Below are positions 11,171-22,387 of a stretch of DNA of 37,241 bases, piece after piece (positions within the stretch are counted from its first letter, which is position 1; each line of letters opens with the position of its first letter). Below the pieces are notes generated by a model that was not told where the DNA came from, did not search any database, and saw only the letters and a list, made by a program, of their open reading frames with translations. Source of the stretch: Octopus sinensis (taxonomy: Eukaryota); NCBI RefSeq assembly GCF_006345805.1, contig NW_021835921.1, positions 1 through 37,241 of the forward strand, given 5' to 3'. The position numbers were made by a program, and so were the translations under genes.

Positions 11171-12733
11171 AAAAAAAAACCCGTAGTGCTAAGGATTTAT
11201 TCTAGGTCGCTCGGCGCCATCGTTTAATTTAACAAGGAAATCATTGAGAAAGAGTTGGCAGACAACCTGCCAACTGTAAAATTCGTCGCTCGGGTGGGGT
11301 GAGTGGGGACCAAATTTGCAACGGTCTGGTTGCTGTTTGGCACCCTTGAGGAAACTGGTATATTTGCCAGCAAGCCCCCTTTTATATTGAGGGGAACGAG
11401 ATTTTGTTCCTCCCCCACTTATTGTGGGAGGAAGATAAGAAGAGCCTGGGTGTGTGGGCTTCCCTCGGGCACGGAGGCGGGATGGATCGAGGATACCTAT
11501 TTCTTTATTACCCACAAGGGGCTAAACGTAGAGGGGACAAACAAGGACAGACATTGGTATTAAGTCGATTACATCGACCCCAGTGCGTAACTGGTACTTA
11601 ATTTATCGACCCCGAAAGGATGAAAGGTAAAGTCGGCTTCGGTAGAATTTGAACTCAGAATGTAACGGCAGACGAAATACCTATTTCTTTACTACCCACA
11701 AGGGGCTAAACATAGAGAGGACAAACAAGGACAGACATAGGTATTAAGTCGATTACATCGACCCCAGTGCGTAACTGGTACTTAATTTATCGACTCTGAA
11801 AGGATGAAAGGCAAAGTCGACCTCGGCGGAATTTGAACTCAGAACGTAACGGCAGACGAAATACGGCTACGCATTTCACCCGGCCCGCTAACCATTCTGC
11901 CATCTCGCCACCTTATGGATCGAGGATACCATCCAGCGAGGCCTGGGGGGTAGCGGGCCCAGGCTATTGAGTGTGGATATAGCTCTTGCGGTCGACTGGG
12001 AGGGGTCAAAGGCAACTTTGACCCTGTATCACAGGTACTCGGTGATACTTGAGGGACGCCCCACCAAGTGTCACCTGTGCCTGGAGACTGGCCATATCAG
12101 GAAGAACTGCCTCCAGGGCCGTGGTAAGGCCCTGGATCAGAAAAACGAAAAGGTGCCCGCCGCCCCCCATTGAAGGGGAGACGATAGAGGTCGTGGAGGA
12201 AGTTGCATCCACGAAAAGAAAAAGAAAGGTGAGCAACAATGGTTGCTCACCAAAGAATGTACAGGCGGCGCTGGCGGCGGAGCAGAATAGCGATCCCCCG
12301 CGTCTGCCAACGCTGCCCCCTGTTCCCGCAGCCTCTAAAAGAAAGAGGAAAAGGAAGAGCAGGGGACAGTCGGCGGATGTCCCTGTGCCGCCGGCACGAG
12401 AGACTCCGCCAGTGGGAATTGTGCCACTGACGGAGCAGACAGAGGCCCCCCTTCTCAATTTGAAGAAGAGCTTATCCTCTTTTACCATGGGGGGTTGGTG
12501 GCGTGGATGTGTTTTTGGAAGGCTTGTGCGACCAGGAACGTAGGTTCTCGACATGCACATTCAGTCAAAGGTGGCCCCAGCAGAAAGCTACTGGGTCATA
12601 GAGTAAAGTTGATGAAGGTCATGGGGACCTTCTCAATAGATAGTTATACCTACCTCGTCATGGACCCTCGCCCAACGATACAGGCTTGTCAGATGTCGCC
12701 GGGGTATTTGTGTGGGTTTTCGGACGAGGATTA
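11171..12733 (+). pseudogene. Decayed ORF1/gag-like gene (CCHC zinc knuckle, basic/Pro-rich tail), L1/Tx1-type ORF1-like
   Basis: Removing the SINE B and one TSD joins ...GWIEDT|IQRGLGG... in frame up to CHLCLETGHIRKNC (CX2CX4HX4C); in-frame stops at 11225 and 11300; frameshift near 12165 into the KRKRK-rich frame. Confidence 0.75.
11498..11914 (-). mobile_element. SINE B (head + 2 body units) with 16-bp TSD
   Basis: TSD atggatcgaggatacc at 11482-11497 and 11915-11930. Confidence 0.93.
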
Positions 12734-12900
12734 ATTTTTGTAATTAGTTTTTGTAATTGAATAGTATTGACGTATTTTGATACATTGTAAATTATTGTAT
12801 ATTTTTACTTTTATAATATTGTGTAAAATGAGACTGATTTCGAGGAGTGTTCGGTTGGCGGGCGTTGAATACCCCTCCCATTTTTTACATTCATACATAC

Positions 12901-13317
12901 CTATTTCTTTACTACCCACAAGGGGCTACACACAGAGGGGACAAAGAAGGACAGACAAACGGATTAAGTCGATTACATCGACCCCAGTGCGTAACTGGTA
13001 CTTATTTAATCGACCCCGAAAGGATGAAAGGTAAAGTCGATCTCGGCGGAATTTGAACTCAGACTGTTAAGACAGACGAAATACCTATTTCTTTACTACC
13101 CACAAGGGGCTAAACACAGAGGGGAAAACAAGGACAGACAAACGGATTAAGTCGATTAAATCGACCCCAGCGCGTAACTGGTACTTATTTAATCAACCCC
13201 GAAAGGATGAAAAGCAAAGTCGACATCGGCGGAATTTGAACTCAGAACCTAACGACAGACGAAATACCGCTAAGCATTTCGCCCAACGTGCTAACGTTTC
13301 TGCCAGCTCGCTGCCTT
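12901..13317 (-). mobile_element. SINE B (head + 2 body units)
   Basis: Same head and unit junction as 3247-3665 and 11498-11914. Confidence 0.92.
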
Positions 13318-13424
13318 AAACCGAATACCCTAACCATTAAGCCACGCGTCTTCACTACATTACACTAAAACGGTCTAATAGTGTTTGATGGACGTATTCA
13401 AATGTATTTTGGAAGTGTTTAGGG

Positions 13425-13830
13425 AAATGGAGTGGCTGTGTGGTAAGTAGCTTGCTAACCAACCACATGGTTCCGGGTTCAGTACCACTGCGTGGCATCT
13501 TGGGCAAGTGTCTTCTGCTATAGCCTGGGCCGACCAATGCCTTGTGAGTGGATTTGGTAGACGGAAACTGAAAGAAGCCTGTCGTATATATGTATATATA
13601 TTATATATATATATATATATAAATGTATGTATGTGTTTGTGTGTCTGTCCCCCTAGCATTGCTTGACAACCAATGCTGGTGTGTTTACGTCCCCGTCACT
13701 TAGCGGTTCGGCAAAAGAGACCAATAGAATAAGTACTGGGCTTACAAAGAATAAGTCCTGGGGTCGATTTGCTCGACTAAAGGCGGTGCTCCAGCATGGC
13801 CACAGTCAAATGACTGAAACAAGTAAAAAA
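13425..13830 (+). mobile_element. SINE A
   Basis: Head, (TA)n and 3' module homologous to 1905-2398. Confidence 0.9.
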
Positions 13831-13949
13831 AATATATATATATATTGTATGGGATGTGTTTATGCATTAATTTACAGGGGAGTTTTGTGAAGTGAGGAGT
13901 ATTCAACGAGAGTGTTTCTTTTTAAATGTGTTCCCTAATAAGGGCTTTC

Positions 13950-14203
13950 GGTACTACTTAAGAATAGGGGTCCCGGTGCGCGCACTCGCGTACCTAGCTA
14001 GTCATAACTAGTCGATCCTACAGCGACTACCTAGCAAAGTAAATAAAACACAAAAATAATTTTTATTACACAAAGTAAATAATTTTTTTAAAGCAAAGTA
14101 AATAAAACACAAAAACACAGTAAGGATCGACTAGTCACGACTAGCTAGCGCGGATGCGCGAGTACGCGTGCGCGCACCGGGACCACTCTTCTTAAGTAGT
14201 ACC
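13950..14203. mobile_element. MITE family G, long imperfect TIRs, 8-bp TSD (Merlin-like)
   Basis: Termini GGTACTACTTAAGAA...TTCTTAAGTAGTACC, ~70-85 bp of inverted homology, AT-rich core; TSD gggctttc at 13942-13949 and 14204-14211. Confidence 0.9.
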
Positions 14204-14330
14204 GGGCTTTCAAATACAAAATATATTTTCACGAAGATATGGATCTTGGCGAGGTGTGGGATTCAGCATTGTATGAGCTGTGTTTAAAAAAATATATCCT
14301 CTCTCATATCTTTCTATTGTAAAATAGATG

Positions 14331-15004
14331 GGATCTTTTCGGTTTGAACGGCAGTTTTTCAAAATAATTTCCACGTAACTAAACACTTTCAAACTTCGTA
14401 TACTGGTAGAATGTGTTTATAAAACATCTTTTTCTCTTGGCTTTATTGAGAAAATTCTACGGTTTGTAAGATATTTGTTTTCTTCTTCAATTTCTGCAAT
14501 TTCAACCAATCAATGACGTCTGTTGAGGTAAAAAACATTCTGTGCCGTATGAATATGTTCCTCGTTTAAGAAACAGAGTGGGTTTATTTACATTTTTGAA
14601 GAAAAAAAGATAACCTTGCCCCCACCCCTAACCCTAAAACAGATTGAAATGCAATAGATCGATACTAGGGTCATAATTATGGTTGACAATTTCATATGAC
14701 ACCGCTAGAAAAAACTACCGGTCAAACCGAAAAGATCCATTTGCCTTTTTTTTTTTCTTCAATTTCTGCAATTTCAACCAATCAATGACGTCTATTGAGG
14801 TAAAAAAACATTGTGCCATATGAATATGTCCCTCGTTTAAGAAACAGAGTGGGTTTATTTACATTTGTGAAGAAAAAAAAGATACCCTTCCCCCCACCCC
14901 TAAAACAGATTGAAATGCAATAGATCGATACTAAGGTCATAATTATGGGTGACAATTTCATATGACACCGCGAGAAAAAATTGCCGCTCAAACCGAAAAG
15001 AACC
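14331..15004 (+). mobile_element. MITE F with a duplicated right half; 8-bp TSD
   Basis: Full unit 14331-14738, then a second right arm to 15004; TSD aatagatg at 14323-14330 and 15005-15012. Confidence 0.92.
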
Positions 15005-15059
15005 AATAGATGTATTTGGTAAATTTTCAGAGTAACACCCGCATGATTTTCACTAAGGA

Positions 15060-16450
15060 AAAAAACTCGAATTTTTTGCGTGGATTTTCTTTTGATACAA
15101 ATTAAAATGTTTGGTGGTCAGGAATTCACAAAAGTATGTGTTCTTGGAGAAAATTTAATATTGTTTGGGCAGTGATTAAGATGTGAAAAAATGTCCCTAG
15201 CAAGGGCTTTCAATTGTGAAATGTTTAGGTTTTCCTTCGCAACACGTTAAAATGTTTCTGGTGAGAAATTCCAGTTATGTCTTAGGAAAAATTTATTATT
15301 TAGGTAGTGATTAAAATGTGCTAAAAGATATGACTCTTTCGAGGTCTTTCGATTGTAAAACGCAAGTATTTTTTTCGATACAAATTAAAATGTTTCCGGT
15401 GAGAAATTCAAGGTATGTCTTAAGGAAAAATTTATTATTTAGGTAGTGATTAAAATGTGTTAAGAGATATGACCTTTTCGAGATCTTTCGATTGTAAAAC
15501 GCAAGTATTTTTTTCGATACAAATTAAAATGTTTCCGGTGAGAAATTCAAGGTAGGTCTTAAGGAAAATTTAATATTGTTTGAGCAGTGTTTAAGATGTA
15601 AATATCTGTTGAGGGTCTTTAAAAAAATGTCGTCTGCGAAGTTTTTTCAAGTGTAAAACGTTTTCTTTTGCAAAAAGTTAAAATGCTTCCTGGTGAGAAA
15701 TTCACGAATGTATGTGTCTGGGGAAAATTTAATGGTTTGGGCAGTGTTTAGGATGTGAATATCTGTAGAGTGTTAAAAAAAAAAAAAAAAGGATTTCCAG
15801 CAAGGCCTTTCGCTTGTAAAATATTTGTATTTTCCTTCGTTACAAGTTAAAATGTTTCTCGTGAGAATTTCACGAAGGCATGCGTCTCCGAGAAAATGTA
15901 GCTGTGTTTAAGAAGTGAATATTGGGCGAGTATGGGGGGGGGGAAATGGAAGTTCCCCTTTGAGATGTTTCTTTTGTAGAGAATACTTATATCTTCTTTC
16001 GATACAAATTAAAATGTGTCTGCTGAAAAATTCACGAAGATACGCGTCTTTAAGTAACTGCAGCTGTGTTTAAACTGAACAATGTCGAACGAATATGTTA
16101 AAAAAAAATAAAGAGTCCTTTTCGAGACCTTTCTATTGTCAAAATACTTTTCTTTCGCTACAAGTTAAAATGTTTCTGGTGAGAAAATTTGGTATTGTAC
16201 AGGTTGTGTTTAAGTGAATGTTTGACAATTGTGTTAAAAAATGTCCCAATAGCAATATTTTTCGTTATAAACGAAAATATTCCTGGTAATAAATTCACGA
16301 AGGTTGGTGTCGAGTGTTAATGGCGGCATTGTACGAACTGTTTGAGAAGTGAATATTTGACGAGTTTTTCAATTCGAAGATATATTTTCCTCCGCTATGA
16401 ACTAAAATGTCAAAGGTTAGAAAATTCACGAATGTTTTATGTACTACGTT
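15060..16450. repeat. Old degenerate tandem repeat, ~138-170-bp period, ~9-10 units
   Basis: Motif acaa(a/g)ttaaaatgtttc..gtgagaaattc recurs at ~15098, 15243, 15381, 15520, 15673, 15843, 16005, 16161 and 16400; related sequence at 14211-14330 and 16900-17230. Confidence 0.75.
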
Positions 16451-17385
16451 CATAGATATTTTATTTTAGGTTTCCGTAAGAACTGTCTCACATGCACAGA
16501 GAATCTCAACGGCGTATATCAAATTTTTTCGTCTTCGCTTGGCCACAGTGAAAAATGAAGAGAAAAGATGGCTACAAGCGTTATTTTATAAACGACACTC
16601 GAAGGTAAAAAAAAACCCGCAACAACAACGAAACCGTTAATCCTTCTGTTCCAATTTTCGTGCATTTCTTTTCAGTTTCTGAAGAGTTTCCTGGTGGTCT
16701 GGCATTGAGTTGGTTTCTTGTGTACATCTGTCTCATCCGCAGTGACATATCAGAATGATTCCGTTCCGTATTTATGTTGATTTGACGTTGGTATTTGACG
16801 AGAATTATTAAATGAAGAGGCGTCGTTGTTTAAATTTAACTCAAGAAATAACGGAAATGACGAATAATTATTTAAATGCATTAAGTTGTAGTTATTTGGC
16901 AAAAATATCCCCCCAAAATAGAAGCATTGTGTGAGCTGTGTTTAAGAAATGAATAATATCTGACGAATATCTTTGTTTTTTAAATAAAAAAAAATGTCTG
17001 AAAAGTTTTTCAAATGTAAAATACTTGTAATTCATAGCAGCGTTTCAGGGCGATAATATTGGACAAAAAAATCGTTGAAAGAAAAATAGAAAAAAATTCC
17101 CCTGTCTCTACTGAGAGTCTTTCAATGCTGGAGAAAATATAGGTTTTCTTCATTTCTCCCCCCCCCCCCCGCGTCTTTTTGTTGTTACAAAAGGTTTTCT
17201 CGTACGAAATTCAGAATTGTATGTGGTTTTGTCTATCGAGGTTCGATTTAACATTCAATAAATTGCGTGTAACACACAGATCGATATTGCTACGATCAGT
17301 CTCTCTCGTCGTTAAACCACACACATACTGAACTGGATTTTTGAATATGTACAAAAGTATCAAGATGGCCGCCGTCTTTATTATA

Positions 17386-17610
17386 TTATATTAACTTAGC
17401 ATTCGACGGTGAAGAACTGCGAGCGTAGTGAAACCGCAAGTATTTCTTGAATTTGCGCCTTTTGTGCAATTTATTCTGTTCTTGCTGGGTTTCCTGGTTG
17501 TCTGACAACGGACGCGGATCTGGTGGACATCTGCCCTCCAAACTCGGAACGGTGTGGTTTCGTTTAGCATTGTAATAGAGAGAAACCAGCCTGGCTAATG
17601 CGTTCGCCAT
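17386..17610 (-). CDS. Candidate first coding exon / small ORF of unknown product (74 aa)
   Basis: Non-repetitive, CpG-containing; strong start context aatATGGCG; diverged paralogous block ~800 bp away; E-box TCACGTGA upstream. No recognisable domain and no strong donor found. Confidence 0.3.
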   Translation of the reverse strand: MANALARLVSLYYNAKRNHTVPSLEGRCPPDPRPLSDNQETQQEQNKLHKRRKFKKYLRFHYARSSSPSNAKLI

Positions 17611-17782
17611 ATTAACGCCGTCTTCAGCAATAATTCACGGTTGTTCTGAGTAGTCTTCCCTTACATATCACATGACGATATCACGTGAACTGCCAGCCGT
17701 CCAATTAAATTCTAGTTATGAAAACATTCCGAAATTGCGTTTTTATCGCCATTGAAATTTATCAAGACGGATTAAGATGGAC

Positions 17783-18401
17783 AAGTTGGAGTTGGAAGCA
17801 CTCCGTCGGTTACGACGACGAGGGTTCCGGTTGATCCAAATCAACGGAACAGCCTGCTCGTGAAATTAACGTGCAAGTGGCTGAGCACTCCACAGACACG
17901 TGTACCCTTAACGTAGTTCTCGGGGATATTCAGCGTGACACAGAGAGTGACAAGGCCGGCCCTTTGAAATACAGGTACAACAGAAATAGGAAGTAAGAGT
18001 GAGAGAAAGTTGTGGTGAAAGAGTACAGCAGGGATCACCACCATCCCCTGCCGGAGCCTCGTGGAGCTTTTAGGTGTTTTCGCTCAATAAACGCGTAAGT
18101 GGCTGAGCACTCCACAGACACGTGTACCCTTAACGTAGTTCTCGGGGGGATATTCAGCGTGACACAGAGAGTGACAAGGCCGGCCCTTTGAAATACAGGT
18201 ACAACAGAAACAGGAAGTAAGAGTGAGAGAAAGTTGTGGTGAAAGAGTACAGCAGGGATCACCACCATCCCCTGCCGGAGCCTCGTGGAGCTTTTAGGTG
18301 TTTTCGCTCAATAAACACTCACAACGCCCGGTCTGGGAATCGAAACCGCGATCCTACGACCGCGAGTCCGCTGCCCTAATCACTAGGCCATTGCACCTCC
18401 A
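17783..18401 (-). mobile_element. SINE C with a duplicated 222-bp internal unit
   Basis: Same cac(g)cgtttattgagcg junction as 8537/8759, on the minus strand near 18092. Confidence 0.92.
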
Positions 18402-18451
18402 TCTTTACTGCTTTTATGGCAAATATAATGAAATAAAGTACAAGACATCCT

Positions 18452-18863
18452 GGATCTTTTCGGTTTGAACGGCAGTTTTTTCTAGCGGTGTCATATGAAA
18501 TTGTCACCCATAATTATGACCCTAGTATCGATCTATTGCATTTCAATCTGTTTTAGGGTTAGGGGTGGGTGGGGGGGGTATCTTTTTTTCTTCACAAATG
18601 TAAATAAACCCAATCTGTTTCTTAAACGAGGGACATATTCATACGGCACAGAATGTTTTCACCTCAATGGACGTCATTGATTGGTTGAAATTGCAGAAAT
18701 TGAAGAAAAAAAACAACAAATATCTTACAAACTATAGAATTTTCTCAATAAAGCCAAGAGAAAAAGATGCTTTATAAACACATTCTACCAGTATACGAAG
18801 TTTAAAAGTGTTTAGTTACGTGGAAATCATTTTAAAAAACTGCCGGTCAAACCGAAAAGATCC
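18452..18863 (-). mobile_element. MITE F, single unit
   Basis: Both TIRs intact; flanks gacatcct / gacacttg match only partly, so the TSD is uncertain. An old SINE A head remnant follows at 18864-18945. Confidence 0.9.
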
Positions 18864-19151
18864 GACACTTGTCTCCGACCCAAAGTATCATGCAGTGTAA
18901 CTGAACTCGGGGGCCGTGTGGATTCGGAAGCAAACTTCTTACCACATAAACGTGAGGGAGAAACCCTAACCCTAACCCTAACCCCACCTAAAGAACAAAA
19001 AAAAAATTCACCACATTCTACGAAATGTTTTGACTTTGTGTTTCCAACGCTCCACTGATCCGCTTCGCTCTGTTTCCCATTCGGGGCCCCAAGGTCAGAA
19101 ATGGCAACTATTTCAAAGTGACTTTCAAAAAGGAAATCATGTATTTCAATC

Positions 19152-19228
19152 TACTACGATTACAACCACCACCACCACCACCACCACTACCACTACCACT
19201 ACCAACACTACTACTACCACCACTACCA

Positions 19229-19265
<37 letters not shown>

Positions 19266-19336
19266 AACGACTACTACTACCACCACAACCACCGGCACCA
19301 CCACCACCACCATCACTACTACAAACCACTACTACC

Positions 19337-19368
<32 letters not shown>

Positions 19369-19527
19369 CACTAATACTACTACCACCACTACTACCACCA
19401 CCACTACTACCACCACAACCACTACTACTACTACTACTACTACTAATACTACCACTACTCTTACCACTACTACTACTACTACTACTACTACACTACTACC
19501 ACCACCACCACCACTACTACCACCACA

Positions 19528-19598
<71 letters not shown>

Positions 19599-20545
19599 CA
19601 CCACCACCACTATCACTACTACTACTACTACCACTACTACCATTACTAGTACCACCACCACTACTACTACTACTACAACCACCACCACTACTACCTATTT
19701 CTTTACTACCCACAAGGGGCTAAACACAGAGGGGACAAACAAGGACAGACAAAGGGATCAAGTCGATTACATCGACCCCAGTGCGTAACTGGTACTTAAT
19801 TTATCTACCCCGAAAAGATGAAAGACAAAGTCGACCTCGGCGGAATTTGAACTCAGAACGTAACGGCAGCCGAAATACCGCTAAGCATTCTGCCAGCTCA
19901 CCGTTACCACTAATACCACCATCACTACCACCACCACCATCACTACCACCACCGTCCACCACCACCACCACCACCACCATCACTACCACCACCGTCCACC
20001 ACCACCACCACCACCACCATCACCTTTCCCTACTCTTCCCTTCCCCCTCGCTATCCCTTCCACCATATCTCTCCCTACGACAACCACCTGTTACTCCCTC
20101 CCTCCAAGCCTTATTCCATACCACCACCACCACCACCACCACGACCGCCGCCGCCACCACCACCACAACCACCACCACCACCACTACCATCATCATCACC
20201 ACCACAACCACCACAACCACCACCACCACCATCACCATCACCACCACAACCACCACCACCACCACCACGACCGCCGCCACCACCACCACCACAACCACCA
20301 TCACCACCACTACCATCATCATCACCACCACAACCACCACAACCACCACCACCACCATCACCATCACCACCACAACCACCACCACGACCGCCGCCACCAC
20401 TCCCAGCACCACCATCACCACCTTCAAGACGACGACGACGACCACCACCACCACCATCACCATCACCACCATCACCACCACCACCATCACCACCACCACC
20501 ATCACCACGACCACCTCCGCCGCCACCACTAGCACCACCGTTCAT
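19152..20545. repeat. (ACT)n/(ACC)n trinucleotide microsatellite block interrupted by SINE B
   Basis: Low-complexity tract giving the poly-T/P/V/G ORFs. Confidence 0.95.
19695..19905 (-). mobile_element. SINE B monomer with a small head deletion
   Basis: One body unit plus a head lacking ~18 nt. Confidence 0.9.
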
Positions 20546-20946
20546 ACCTCTTGATGTCACTCCTCCCACCCTTCCCATCTACCAGCCTATCTCCCTTACT
20601 CTCTCTCTCTCTTCCCCTCCCTCTCTCCACCTCTCTACCTCTCCCTACATCCCCCCTCTACTCGCTGACCTACAAATCAATTTATTCGCCAGCCGAGCCC
20701 ACCCAGGTATCTTACCTGGGTACGCAGCCGCGCAGGTGGTTAGGGTGAAGGGCTGACGCTCCCTAAGATACCCAGCAACCATGATCACGCAATGTAATAC
20801 GCAGAACCACAATACAAAGAGGCCCCTTACAACCACAGATAGAGTACAACCGGTATTCAGTAGTGGCTGAATACTCCGCAGCTGCTCGTTTCATTAAAGC
20901 CCCACCCCTTAGGCAAACACACACACACAGGCATGCATACAAACAT

Positions 20947-22184
20947 ACTCTTTACTCTTTTACTTGTTTCAGTCATTTGACTGTGGCCATGCTGGAGCAC
21001 CGCCTTTAGTCGAGCAAATCGACCCCAGGACTTATTCTTTGTAAGCCCAGTACTTATTCTATCAGTCTCTTTGGCCGAACCGTTAAGTTTACTCTTTTAC
21101 TTGTTTCAGTCATTTGACTGTGGCCATGCTGGAGCACCGCCTTTAGTCGAGCAAATCGACCCCAGGACTTATTCTTTGTAAGCCTAGTACTTATTCTATC
21201 AGTCTCTATTGCCGAACCGTTAAGTTTACTCTTTTACTTGTTTCAGTCATTTGACTGTGGCCATGCTGGAGCACCGCCTTTAGTCGAGCAAATCGACCCC
21301 GGGACTTATTCTTTGTAAGCCCAGTACTTATTCTATCAGTCTCTTTTGCCGAACCGTTAAGTTTACTCTTTTACTTGTTTCAGTCATTTGACTGCGGCCA
21401 TGCTGGTGCACCGCCTTTAGTCGAGCAAATCGACCCCAGGACTTATTCTTTGTAAGCCTAGTACTTATTCTATCAGTCTCTTTTGCCGAACCGTTAAGTT
21501 TACTCTTTTACTTGTTTCAGTCATTTGACTGTGGCCATGCTGGTGCACCGCCTTTAGTCGAGCAAATCGACCCCAGGACTTATTCTTTGTAAGCCTAGTA
21601 CTTATTCTATCAGTCTCTTTTGCCGAACCGTTAAGTTTACTCTTTTACTTGTTTCAGTCATTTGACTGCGGCCATGCTGGAGCACCGCCTTTAGTCGAGC
21701 AAATCGACCCCAGGACTTATTCTTTGTAAGCCTAGTACTTATTCTATCAGTCTCTTTTGCCGAACCGCTAAGTTTACTCTTTTACTTGTTTCAGTCATTT
21801 GACTGCGGCCATGCTGGAGCACCGCCTTTAGTCGATCAAATCGACACCCAGGACTTATTCTTTGTAAGCCTAGTACTTATTTTATCAGTCTCCTTTCTTT
21901 TGCCGAACCGCTAAGCTACGGGGACGTAAACACACCAGCACCGGCCGTCAAGCGATGCTGGGGGGTGGTACAAACACAGACACACAAACACGAACACACA
22001 TACACATATATATACATGTATACGACGGGCTTCTTTCAGTTTCCGTCTACCAAATCCACTCACAAGGCTTTGGTCGGCCCGAGGCTTTAGTGGAAGACAC
22101 TTGCCCAAGGTGCCACGCAGTGGGACTGAACCCGGAACCATGTGGTTGATAAGCAAGCTACTTACCACACAGCCACTCCTGCGC
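20947..22184 (-). mobile_element. SINE A carrying 7 tandem 137-bp copies of its 3' module
   Basis: ttactcttttac at 20952, 21089, 21226, 21363, 21500, 21637 and 21774 (exact period 137); head at ~22022-22184. Confidence 0.95.
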
Positions 22185-22387
22185 GTATATATATATATAC
22201 ACCTACGTACATACACACACATACATACATATACACATGCATACTTATACATACACATACATACGTACATGCACACGCATACATATACGCACATACACAC
22301 ATATATATACATACATACATACATAGGTACCTGCACACATACATGCATGCGTGCACACATACATACGCACATGCCAGGCCCTAACAC

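Noticed and set aside
18444-18871. 8-bp TSD for the MITE F copy at 18452-18863
   Set aside because: Flanks gacatcct and gacacttg match at only 4 of 8 positions; not counted as evidence.
18962-18984. (TAACCC)n as telomere or fusion relic (also inside MITE F)
   Set aside because: Only 3-4 units, mostly an integral part of the MITE; no inverted head-to-head telomeric array.
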